Origin: Pavona decussata
Lineage: Eukaryota
Length of the DNA stretch: 64,000 nt
NCBI GenBank assembly: GCA_977016875.1
Contig: CDRNST010000090.1
Span: forward strand, 1,612,001-1,676,000
Direction of reading: 5' to 3'
Positions 1 to 11,900 of the stretch are shown here, in pieces (position 1 is the stretch's first letter; every line of letters starts with the position of its first letter). The translations under genes and the position numbers were made by a program. A model generated the notes under the pieces. It ran no database searches, had not been told where the DNA came from, and saw only the letters and a list, made by a program, of their open reading frames with translations.

Positions 1-1158
1 CTCCTCTTGGACACTAGGAACATGATTTATTTTGCTCGGTACTTCTTCGTAAACAGGTTTTTCCTCTTGAGGCACGTGGTTTGGCATCATTAGCAGGTTT
101 GCTGCACGGAACATGTACTGAACATCGGGATATTGTGGAGTCGTTTCCCTGGTAACCAATGGAATAGGCGTCTGGCAGCCCATTCCTCGGGGAAGCTGTA
201 CGTTAGACACGTGATCTAACGTGTACCCCACGGGGGTAGTCTTAGGGCGCATGGCTGCTTGAAGGAACGAGTTGAACATCCCTGATTCGCTTTCAGGGCT
301 CTGGCGCGGTGGACACTGCCAGCCCATCATGGGTGCAAATTTAGGCTCGTGAAACGGGGGAAACTGCGCGGCCATGTTGAGTGAGGATACAGGAAAGTAG
401 GGAGAGAGATTAGGATCTATCATGGCTCCAGCAGCTAACGGCGAAGACAACCTGTTTTGTCCTCTTTGACCTACGGAGCTGAGAGTTTCGCTGTAATTAA
501 CACTCCAGGTCGGGGATGATCCATTGTGTGTTTCAAATCCCGGCAGCCTCAAAGCTTCATTTGGATGAAACACATGGCGCTGAATCTTAATTTTGCTGGC
601 GAGATTTCCAAGTAGATTTCGCTTTTGATACTGCGCAGTGAGCTCGCTATGAGGAGCGTTCAGAGGCAGTTGAACTGAGGGCTGATTTTGCAGCATTGTG
701 TTAGTAGTCTGCAAAGCGTCCTTGCACCAAACTACAACGCAGTTGTCAGGTTTCGAAGACGATGACCTGATAGGGGGCATTAGCAAGTCTCTGTGTGAAG
801 CACTGTTCCAAATATCACAGCTTGGCGGAGAGTTTACAGAAATTGTGGGGAATCCATTTGGACTAGGCTGCATACCCTGTGTTGAGGAAGAACCATAAGT
901 GTACGGCCCAAGAGGGTAACGACAGGAGAAATCTTTTGATGTGGTCGACACAGGCGATAACGCGGCGTGGTGAGGTTGTTGTTCGATCGATGAACCATGA
1001 TAGTTCAACGGCTCAATCGGCGGGAAATCATTGATCAAGGTGTAACGGTTTTCACAGGACATCTTTCTAGTAGTTGACGTTGGCTCTTCTTGGTATTCCA
1101 TTGGAGGGCTTAGAGAAGGGACTGATGTGTGAAAACTACTGTGATACTGTTTTGACAT
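1..1158 (-). CDS. Ser/Pro-rich, probably disordered protein, partial (open through the left window edge)
   Basis: Manual translation from ATG at 1158 (MSKQYHSSFHTSVPSLSPPMEYQEEP...EEVPSKINHVPSVQEE) gives 386 codons with no stop. A polypyrimidine/AG acceptor (ttttacctttcttag|) lies just upstream, boundary 1163/1164. No recognisable domain in the visible part. Confidence 0.8.
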   Translation of the reverse strand, partial: MSKQYHSSFHTSVPSLSPPMEYQEEPTSTTRKMSCENRYTLINDFPPIEPLNYHGSSIEQQPHHAALSPVSTTSKDFSCRYPLGPYTYGSSSTQGMQPSPNGFPTISVNSPPSCDIWNSASHRDLLMPPIRSSSSKPDNCVVVWCKDALQTTNTMLQNQPSVQLPLNAPHSELTAQYQKRNLLGNLASKIKIQRHVFHPNEALRLPGFETHNGSSPTWSVNYSETLSSVGQRGQNRLSSPLAAGAMIDPNLSPYFPVSSLNMAAQFPPFHEPKFAPMMGWQCPPRQSPESESGMFNSFLQAAMRPKTTPVGYTLDHVSNVQLPRGMGCQTPIPLVTRETTPQYPDVQYMFRAANLLMMPNHVPQEEKPVYEEVPSKINHVPSVQEE

Positions 1159-1344
1159 GAACCCTAAGAAAGGTAAAACGAAACAAGCAAATAAACAAAA
1201 AACTTTTCGCTATGGACGTAATTTCTCATTTATTTGATCGACCGGGTTCATTTTAAAATGCATTAAATAAAGGTGAAAATATAGCTCAAAATAGAGCCTT
1301 GTATGAGACTCGAAACAAAGTATACTTGGTAAGTTTTGACTTCT

Positions 1345-1775
1345 GGGCCCGGTTGTTCGAAAGCCGATTAACGCTAACCCACGATTAAAAGTTAACCGAG
1401 ATTTTCATCTCTCATTTAAGGACGGTGCCTACTAATACCGAAGTATTTTTGTGCGGTTTATGACTATGCGGGAAAAACAGATCTTAGTGAGGCCTATTGG
1501 AATCCAAAATGAAAATTGGGGGTAACCACGCATTTTTTAGAGATAATTAAGCAACAATATCTCTAAAAAGCGCCAAAATATAAAGCAATGTACAAGTATG
1601 GGATTTTTTCCTAAATTAAATCTTAATTTTCTCTGAAAAATGTATGGTTACCCCCAATTTTCTTTTGAGATACCAAAGGAATTTGGTAAGTTCTACTTTC
1701 TCCGTATAGTTTTAAACCGCGCAAAAATATTCCTGTATTAGTAGGCGCCACCCATAGGAAACCCGAGTATCTTGC

Positions 1776-1812
<37 letters not shown>

Positions 1813-1988
1813 TCGTCCTTTAAAGTGGGTTTTGAAAGCTAATTTTAGGCTCATGCTAAAAACAAGTCTAACTCAAAACTGAAGTTCAAAACTCTTTGGC
1901 AGAACCTTTAATAATAAGTCATTACACTCGAATCAAAGTTCACGTTAATCCAGGATTGTTTTAACCGAGTTTTGAACAACTGGACCCG
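1345..1988. mobile_element. PIF/Harbinger-like MITE (GGCCCGGTTGTTCGAAAG termini) carrying a nested insertion
   Basis: Imperfect terminal inverted repeats; uninterrupted relatives at ~35809-36049, ~44431-44671 and ~57915-58155. Confidence 0.75.
1420..1818. mobile_element. TTAA-targeting non-autonomous DNA transposon (Kolobok-like), nested in the MITE
   Basis: TIR GGACGGTGCCTACTA versus TAGTAGGCATCGTCC (14/15), TTAA on both flanks; related MITE copy at 35876-35890 shows the empty site ctcatTTAAagtgg. Confidence 0.75.
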
Positions 1989-4548
1989 GAAGTATCAGTT
2001 CATGGGGAAGGGAGGTTCACAAAACCTAAACATTAGTAAATCCAGACAGTAGTACCCTATTCCCTGTACGGGAAAGTATATTTAATTTACAAGGACACAA
2101 TGATACCGACACAAGGATACTGATCTCCAAACATGCACCTTTTCGAAGAAATTGTGTATTTTTGGTATTCTTAAAGTGTTTCTTTAATAGATCTGTTCAT
2201 ACACTTTGCTTGTTCTCGCTTAGTAAAAGTAGTGACCAACCGCAAGTAAATCGGAAACAGTAACGCCGAGTTAAGTTGCTCACTCACATATGGAACATTT
2301 ACGAGCATCCAACTATGGAAGTTGTCTGACTGTTAAAACTTAGGCCATTTCTTAGCCATTAGAGGATTTTCTACTAGTAACTCATCATACTTCTATTATG
2401 TCGCATTGTCTCGTGGCGTCTTTCTTAAAAGGAAGGCATTTTGCGCGCTACGTTCGTTTGTCGCCCGTTACCAGTTAAAATGGTGCAAAAAAGTCAAAGT
2501 GCCGTTTAGTCTCGAATGCACGTGATCTCGCTTGTCTTCTTTTTCCGGGAACAGCAATGAAACAAAAACTATCCCCCAGATCATTCTCTTTCCGCCCGCC
2601 ATTTTTATTTTTATTTGATTTTATATTTTGGCTTTAAAAATGAAATAAATAAGTCATTTACATTTTTTCCCGGAGCACCGTCTATCCTTTGCATCCTGTA
2701 ATCTGGTTCCTAGGAAAGTCTAATCTTCGACATTTAGGGATTTTCTTGTCGCATCTATGAAAATCCGTCGAGAACTATAAAGAAAGTAACCTATCCATGA
2801 TACATTTACGCATGTGCGCTCGACTGCAAGTGGATCGGAAACAAATATACACTTAATTATAACTGATGTAATTACTATAAAAGATATGCTTTTATGGGTA
2901 AGATAACTGCTGATTATGCTCATCCCGTCATGAACGCTTCAGGCCACCACAGAGATTAAGAAGCCTTAGGAAAAGGGGACACCCTTACATCCTGCCACTT
3001 GTCAGAACTGAACGTCATAAACGCTGTTTTGGTTAATAGATGCCTTTTCAATTTTATCTAACTGTCTTGGCACATTTGTCAATAGTTTGTGATTAGTTCT
3101 TTTTTAGAGTAGTTAGTTATAAGAAATCGTAAATCCAGAGACTCTGGGCATGTTTCTTTTGGCACTTGTTAATAAAGAATTTATTATCTGGCGCAGATAT
3201 TGCGACACGAATTTCACGCACAGCTCGCGCAGTAAGGATGCGCAAACGAATAAATCGAAGGAAATCAGGCGTTGACCCCCCCCCCCCCCCTCCCCACCTT
3301 ACTGTATTTAAAAAAAAATTCTGAAATTTAAAACATTCTCAAGTAGGTTAAATAAAACTCACTTAAACTCGTACCCCAAATTTAAGAAAACAAATCTGGA
3401 TCTGCATGTTAATTACTGAAAGCAATCTAAAATGGTGTCTTTTATATTTTTCAGCGCAAAACATAATGTAAACCTTTGAGCAAACTTGTTAAAATATGTA
3501 TCTGAAGTAAACGAATGGATCCTTTTGAAATAATCAAATATAAACACAAAAATGTAGCTGCTCTAATTTGCCTCGCTCCTTGCTCTGGGACATGATCACT
3601 TGATCCCGGGGTTGCACGTGGGTAAACAGCAAGGATTGAATCATAAAAAATGAAAATATTTTCTCGTGGCTCTAGCAAAGTGACTTCAGGACCAATTCTG
3701 AAATTTCACTTTTCCTTGAGTTGTTTGTAATCAGAGGCGAGCAATTTTTGAATTCTTTGGAACTTTCTTAATGCCTCAATGTGTTTTCTGTTTGTACCAT
3801 GTTGCTATGACGAAAGTGTGACTACCGCAAATTGAGAATCTAAGTAAATTTGAATTGAGAGCTTTTGATTCAAATTTCAAATATCGTCAGAGAGCATTAT
3901 TCTGTGAATGCAGGAATAGATTTTGAAAAAAAAGCATGATTTGCCGACAAGTCGCAAACTACTAAAGCGGAGAATATGGCAACGAGCGACTCGATCGAGA
4001 CCGGAAGGCAGTTCAACCTCGTTCATAGCATTTGGCCATATTTGTAAGTTTTCCAGCAAATATTCGTGTCAAGGAAAAAAACACGTTGTTCACTCAAATA
4101 TGCAATGATCATTGGTGTTGTCGTTGCAGTCTGCTGTGGAAACCATTTGAGTTTTGAGAGACATGTATAAGCTTAGTTTCGATTTCAAAACGCAGAATGT
4201 CCTTGAATTTTTGAACACTTTCAATACTTGATGAGCTGTGAATGTGTAAAAAGTCGTTTCTAAATACCACCGAAATTGACTTAATTTTAATACTGATCTC
4301 CAGTAGAGACAAAAAGAAAATTGTTGAAATGTCTAAGCGTTGCGTTTGGCGCCGGTGGAACGTCTGGTCAGAATTTCTAAATGAAAACTTCTAACCTTGG
4401 AAATTCTGCATGAACAAACTCGAAATATAAGGAAAACTGCCTATAATCTATCGGCACTAACCTGGTGTGTCAAAATCGAGTCAAAAACAACGTCAACCTT
4501 ACGTTCAAGCCGTGATTAGTTTTTAAAACATTGCACTTTTAAGCTTAC

Positions 4549-4622
4549 CTGTGTTTACGGAATGCAAAATTTTCGAGGGATGGTTTCAGTCGTTTCCAAT
4601 GGTACTTTCGGGGGCTTGATCT
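4549..4622 (-). other. Candidate upstream exon of the minus-strand Ser/Pro-rich gene
   Basis: On the minus strand it is flanked by ttttttctcag| and |gtaagc; another GTAAGT donor lies near 4845. Splice signals only. Confidence 0.3.
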
Positions 4623-5680
4623 CTGAGAAAAAAAGGGTGAACATTCTCTTAGAACTTTTAATCTAAGTCTCTTTATTAAAAATAGCTTAAATGATTTTAA
4701 AGTTCCTCAAATCGGTCACACTTATGCCCCATGTACGTACAACGTGCGAGAAAACTTGCGCGCTTGATTTGTACAAACCATGCAGGTTAATAAATGTGCT
4801 CGCTTATTTCTAGACACTGTGCTACAGATCTGACTAAAACTTACCTATCACATAATCGTTTCTTCATTACATAGTTAGTCGGCACTGCTATTCCGTTCAA
4901 TGATCAATTTTTGCCAGAATTTCCTCAGTCTTTCAACGTTCGCTTGTTCTCTCAGCGAACCGTTGCCAAGCGCTGCAGCGTTTCATTCATTGATGATTGA
5001 CAAGTGCGCTCCAGGGGTCAAAGCTAATTGGGATGTGCCATAGCAAGGGCCTTCCCCTGTAAAAAGTTTAAGATGCCTAACTAGACAGCACGTCATTTTC
5101 TTAAAAATCCATTTTGGGAAGTGATGCTGTTACAGAAAAATCCCTCAAATTAAAGTACATCTGGCCTCAATCACTGGTTAGGTAAAAAAGCAGATCGCCT
5201 CTTGCAGTCTGTCAAATAATGAAGACTGGAGAATAAGATAGAATACAAAACTAAAAGATGTAACTTAGCCAAAAAAAAAAAAACAGAACAATAACAACGA
5301 AAAATAATAACAAAAAAGAAGGCGATATCAACAAAATATTATATATTTTTTGGCTTTCGCGTTGATTGGTTTACTTTTCGCGCCCTTAGTTTGGCAGAGA
5401 GAATCCTGGTAACGAAGTTGGGATTTTATCAACTGCAAAATGCGCGTGAAATTTTTTCAGAAACGTTTTGCAAAAAAAATTAGATTTTGAGATTCCCTAA
5501 CTAGCAGAACCAGTGGCAGACGCGAGTACTTTTACTGCAGACCCCCTTCTGTTCAGATCTGGACGTGCGCGCGTTGATTTCGAAATTTATCACGAGTTTC
5601 AGTGGAAATTTGTTCTCATTTCTGCAGCGCCGAGTGAGAAGCGATCGAGCAAAAAATCATTTGCTGGGACTCCGATTTCT

Positions 5681-5767
5681 GTAAGTCATCAATTCTCCTC
5701 TTTTCTGTTTGAAGTGTTGGATATAAACGTTTATAAATTAACTAATTCATAGCTTCTTTCTTCGCAG
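5681..5767 (+). other. Probable 5'UTR intron of fucosidase copy A
   Basis: GTAAGT donor at 5681, polypyrimidine tract and cgcag acceptor ending 5767, in a CpG-richer region upstream of the ATG. Confidence 0.5.
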
Positions 5768-5916
5768 GACTGCAGATTTGATTTGATTCTCGCATTTTGT
5801 TCCACGGCGACGTCTGCACACGAAGATACTGCTGCGTATTTAAAAAAAAAACTTACAACATTTGATGTTTTTATAAAATCTCCTGGCAAAGTTCTTGGAT
5901 AGGATTCTAATCAGAA

Positions 5917-8900
5917 ATGATGTATTGGTTATCATTCTGTATTCTTATCTTCTCGCTGAGCAATGTCTTTGCCAACATGGGAGTCGCTAGACTCACGACC
6001 TCTTCCCCCTTGGTATGACGAGGCCAAGTTTGGTATCTTTATCCATTGGGGGGTGTACTCAGTGCCCAGTTTTGGATCGGAGTGGTTCTGGTACCGCTGG
6101 AAAGGACAGCAAAGACCTGAATACGTAGAATTTATGAAAAAGAATTATCCTCCAAATTTTGAATATGCTGACTTTGCACCAATGTTTAAAGCTGAATTTT
6201 TTGACCCAAACATCTGGGCAGAGATACTGGCCAAATCAGGAGCAAGGTAATGTATAATGGGGGCATAAAGAAGTTGGAAAGGTGGGTCTTGATCTGTCCC
6301 ATGGGTCATTGTATTTCAGACTTGTGGCTCAGTCAACTCCAAGCCTGACTGCTCCCCCCCCCCCCCCCCCTCTCTTCCCCCAAAAACCACAGTTGACAAA
6401 GACAGTTGTCATTGGTTTGGTCCCCAATGTAGGGCATTTGTCAACTTTCCATCCATGGGAAATTTCGAATATTAATTATTTCGATTCAATCACAAAATTA
6501 TAGCTCCACAAAAAGTGTTTCTCTGCCTTCTTCAAGGACAAAAACGATTCCCATGGTCTGACTGTACCTTGGATTTTCTCAGGAACCAATTGTAATAAGA
6601 AAGCCTTACACACTAAAATTTAATGTTAGAAAGTGTGTGCCATTTCTTAATGAAAATCATTGGTGGAGGTGTTTGTGTTAGCCCATTTTCTTGAGTAATA
6701 ATATTAGTCGTGGCTTTCGTTTTTACATGTTGTGTTAAGGCTGGTAATTCAGTTAAACAATATTTGCCAGCTTAACATTTGAAGGCTTTTGCATGCCTAC
6801 AAAGCAAATTGAACAGTTAAAGGTAACAAGTGTTCTCTTGAGGTTTCTTCATTTATTAACTTTACAGTGATATACTAATAACAGTTTTTAGGACAGATTT
6901 CCTGGAAGGCACCCTTGAAAGTTGAGAGTAACCTTAATAAACACCCTCTCCAACCATAGTTAATGAGGGACTGGCTATGAAACCTTGCCATGAAAACAAT
7001 GGTGCTGCAATTTATGTTGGAAGGGCCGTGACCCTGCACGATCATAATTGTTTTAATGTTCACACCACAGTTGAATATCTTCACAAAAACATTTCGATTG
7101 GTCAGTTGCTCCAACACATTTAAAATTCTATTGTTGTTTGTGCAGGGTCAAGGCCAAAAAGGCAAACAAAAACATATAACAAAGAAGTTTGTCAGGTTTC
7201 ATAACTATTGCCTTCAATTATCTATGCTCCAACAATTTCAACTTTTGAAAATAAAATTACCAGGATCACTTTAATACTCAGTCATATTTAGTATTGTTTG
7301 TTTATATGAAGCAGTCTATGTGCCACCTAGGAATGGATCGGATAATGACGATAATGATTTGTTTATCAACAGATATGTAGTCCTGACAAGTAAACATCAT
7401 GAAGGTTGGACAAACTGGAGATCTAACGTATCATGGAACTGGAACTCTGTTGACAATGGACCCCACAGGGATCTTGTTGGTAAGATCACCTGCTACTGAT
7501 GGTGAATTAATAAAATGATAATTAAACAAGATTTAGTTTTGGTATTATATTTATTGTTCTTATTTATATAAGTGTCATTTAGATAGATAATTTGTTATTA
7601 AGACAATTAATTTGCATGTCACATGAAATTAAAACCTTATCAAAATGTTTGACCTGTACTAGGGAATGAGTTTGTAAGATAAATAAATGTATATCTCATT
7701 GAATTATATTCATCTCTCAAACCTTCCAGCTGAATTCTCACAAGCCATTAGGAAAAACACCAATGTGACGCTTGGCTTATACCATTCATTGTACGAGTGG
7801 TTTCATCCATTTTATATGAAGGATGTTGCAAATAATTTCACTACACAAGATTATGTTAAGGTAAGGAGCAGCACTGCCATTTGATACCTGTCACATGTGT
7901 TTGCTTTAAGTTCTGATTGGTTCATTTGGGTTATTTGTGCTGTCAGGCTGTAGTAAGGAGGAGCATTTGGGTTTTGTTCTCAATATTCAATTACAAATCA
8001 CTCTAAATTACCAAATAATTTGATTACAAAGTGGCTAATTCACATGATAAGTGTAGTCTCTTACCATTATAATAACTATAATGGTGTGAGACAACACTAA
8101 AGAAAATTAAAGAAAATAATAATTATTATAATTATTTTCTTTAACTGGGTTTTCACTCATGGTACCAAAATAATGTTCTTCTTAAATGATATTTAAATTG
8201 CCTTTAATAATTTGCTTGCCTAACTCATTTGATTACAGCAAGAGTACTTACCAGTTTTTAATTTAGTGTAAATAAGAGTGATTTATATATTAATTATTTT
8301 TTTTGCTTTGGTTAATGTTTTGATAGTAACATGAAATTGAATCCTGACATAATTGCTCAAATGCAGTTTAATCCTTTCTTTATGGACACTGTTTTATACC
8401 CAGGGGGGGTACTCGGGTATATTAGTGACAGGGACGTGGAAAGACCTTTTTTCGGTTTGAAATTCTCGGCTTGGGACTTTTTTTGGGTTTGAAATTGTCT
8501 GGTGGACTTTTTTTGCCCTTAAGATTTTGGCAAGGACCTTTTTTGGGGTTGATGAAAATGTGACAGATGCATGAGGAATGAATAAAGTCGGACGCATGAA
8601 ATATCTCGCATTCTCTTGGTGTTTTGTACTTTTATTGTTTTTGATGCTTAAAAAACTTGGACTTTTTTTGGGTTGCATTTTTGGCTGCTGGACTTTTTTG
8701 GGGTTTTCCTTAGTGTGACGGGACTTTTTTTGGGTTTCAAAATTTGGCCTCATTCGGACCTCCCCGTAACTAATATACCCGAGTACCCCCCCTGGGGTTT
8801 TATATATGACTTTATCAATTTTATTACAGTGCTACTCCTTTTGTTTTGACTGACCATGAGTGATTACTTGAAATCTGTTGTTAGGACACACCAACTCGCA

Positions 8901-11900
8901 ACTATTAAACCAGTAAACCTATAGACTGAGACACTAATTGCTCACATGCATGTTGTTAATCAACAGGAGGTGTTGATGCCTGAGCTGTATGACTTGATCA
9001 ACACATACAAACCTGAATATTTATATGCTGATGGCCCACATGGACCTGATACGTACTGGGGTAGCCGTGAGTTTCTAGCCTGGCTCTATAATGAAAGGTG
9101 GGCAGACATTTGGGGACAAAATTGTCTGAATCAAAAAATATGTAATCACTGCTGGCTGTAATTTTTTCTCTACGCAATTCAGTTTATACTGCCATGTAGT
9201 GTCTTAATAAACGTATCTATCTATATCTATCTATCTATCTTGAAAAGGAAATTGCCTTATACCAATTGAAGGGCGTGCCAGAAAAGGGCACAAATACACA
9301 ATGATTCAGCTGAACAAAGCTTCTTCAATTTTCTTACATGTGTTTACCTTGAAAATGTCCAGTTTGATGAATTACATACATTTGATTTTCTGTGAATTAA
9401 TGGCATTGTACCATCCTGGTTTATAGCCCTGTCAAAGACACTGTTTTGACGAATGACCGTTGGTGTGACAATGGCTGCAAATGTCATCATGGAGGAACTT
9501 TCACCTGCACAGACCGATACAATCCAGGTTGAGTAACTGAAAAATAATATTTTGACATATATCTGTTTTCCTTGTAATTTACCAGATCAATTGAGTACCA
9601 AGGATGGGGCATTAGACTGGTATTGTGGAGTAAAAGTGGGATTAACTCTTTTTTTAAAACTACTTTCCAGTCAAATGTCTGGAGCAGGATGAAGCACAGG
9701 ATTCCAGTCCATTGCTTTGTTACCTCAAGCATTTTGTTACTGACAGAGCTTATAGGTTTCTCCAGTACCCGTAGTACACCTGGGTGTAGAGACAAAGTCT
9801 GAGATACTTCCCGAGCATCTTGTCGTCCATTCTTAATGCAGTCGAACCTCCCATAGGCGACCACCCATAATGTCAAGGATATGTGGTCGCTTACGAGAGG
9901 TGGCCGTTTACCAGAGGTCAGACCACAGTGGGTCTTACTTTCAGGTAATTTACTTATGGTAATTGCAGAGACTTAACCCTTTTGCCAGTGCTTATCGAAA
10001 CCCATAGTTATAACTTTTCTTAGCTACAAGTATATTAAGACTGGTCCAAAATTATCCTAGGCAAAACATCTTAGGGTCTATGGTGATTATTGTTTGTTTC
10101 TCACAAATTACTTAATGCAGTGATTGAGACAATTATTGTGAGAGAAACGTGACTCTTTTATTACTCCAGGTGGTGTTGTCTAAATTTTTCAGGGAACGGA
10201 ACATATAAGCAAAAGCATAAGAGCGTTTTTTTTTCCTACAAGGGATTCAATCTGATTAAAGTTTATTTCAGTGTGAAGTATAGTGCATGTGTATTTTATC
10301 AATTGTTTCAATACTAAGCTATATCGGGAAACACTTCCAGTAGCTCCGACTGTGAGATTTTACAGTGTCTGCTGTAATGGCATGGCCAATATGTTACAGT
10401 GAAACATTTTTCACTTTCCGCCTGTGAGAGATACAGCAGATTGTGTGTCAAGTGGTCACCTATGGGAGGTTAAAAACAGCTGCGGAAAATTTTAAACAAT
10501 CATCTCTAAAAGTGGTCGCTTACGAGAGGTGGTCGCCTACGTGAAGTTCCATCTATAGTGATTTGACTTGAAAACTTTTGGTATTTTGGAAAAGTGTTCG
10601 CTAATGAGAGGTAGTCGCTTACAAGAGGTGGTCGCAAAGGGAGGTTCAACTGTATTTACGAAAGGTGCATAGTGTTTAAAGTTCAACCAGTGTTCTACAT
10701 GTAAGATTTTTTTTGCATACTTTTTTCTCTTATTTCTATACATATTCATTAGCATTTCTAGTTATTTCTGTTCAAATTTGCATCTTCTGTAACATTTGCA
10801 CTGAAGAAGGCAGACGTTTCTGCTGAATTGAAAATCGTTGTTTTACATTACATATCTAAAACATATTGTTCTAAGAGTGTGCTGGTATAGAGAATCAATA
10901 CTCCTGCATAGAGTTGACATCATTTTCTATATTCTTATTACATCTCTGCTCAATAATGTATTGATTTTGTTTGGAGAAACTGACTTTTGGTCAGTTGGTG
11001 ATGAATATTCTCCACACTGTCAGGTACACTCCAGAAACATAAATGGGAAAATGCCATGACAGTGGACAAGTATTCTTGGGGCTTCAGGCGAAATATGGTA
11101 ATGGGGGATGTTCTAGACATGAATGAACTCTTGTACCAGCTGGCTTCTACTGTAAGGTAAGCAAAGATTAAACTAACATTACAGTTGATATAGAGGTGTA
11201 CTAAAAAATATCAAAAGTTTTTCGTTAATTAAAGGGACTGTAGTCTGCCAAACAGTGTTTTTTTCTTTTGACAATTTCACACAGGGAGAAAAATAGCTGA
11301 AAGTATGAATTCTTGAGGCACAAGATGCTAAACATTTGGATTGTTAAACAGAAGCCTCACATGCCCCTAACCTACAATCATACCCACCCTCCCTTCAACT
11401 CATCCTGGGAAAAAAAGACGCCTGATTGCAGGTTAACATGCCCCTTCCAGTGTCACTTACTCTTTTCTTGCCATATTTTTCAGACTTTGCATTCAAAGGC
11501 TGTTTGCATTATTTGTATAACAGTCAAATGCAAAAAATGCTAACTGTTTTGGTGTCTTGAGGGTCTATGAATAATGGGCAATTGCTCCAATCACCTGAAA
11601 GATGACTTTTGTAATATAAAATTTTTTTTGTTTTTTTTTTTAGCCTTTATTTTCAAACGATGAGTATTAAAGCTACATGAGCTTGTGGGGTCGTAGGTAG
11701 CAAGGCTGTAAAATTATAGTAGTAATTGCTAAATATTTTATGAAGATACTAGCTGAGAGGATGTGAGTTGTATTCTTTTTTTTATAAGGAATTTTATAAG
11801 ACATTGTAAGGTTGAAAAGGACTGTTAAAGGATTATAAATTTACAGTTAAATAAGTCAAAAGAATTCAGTACTCTGTACCCTCCTTTGGTAAAACCATGG

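Noticed and set aside
6282-6503. Poly-Pro/Gly/Cys/Gln ORFs (also 20130-20432, 31969-32217, 43945-44246)
   Set aside because: Translations of C/G homopolymers and (CAA)n microsatellites.
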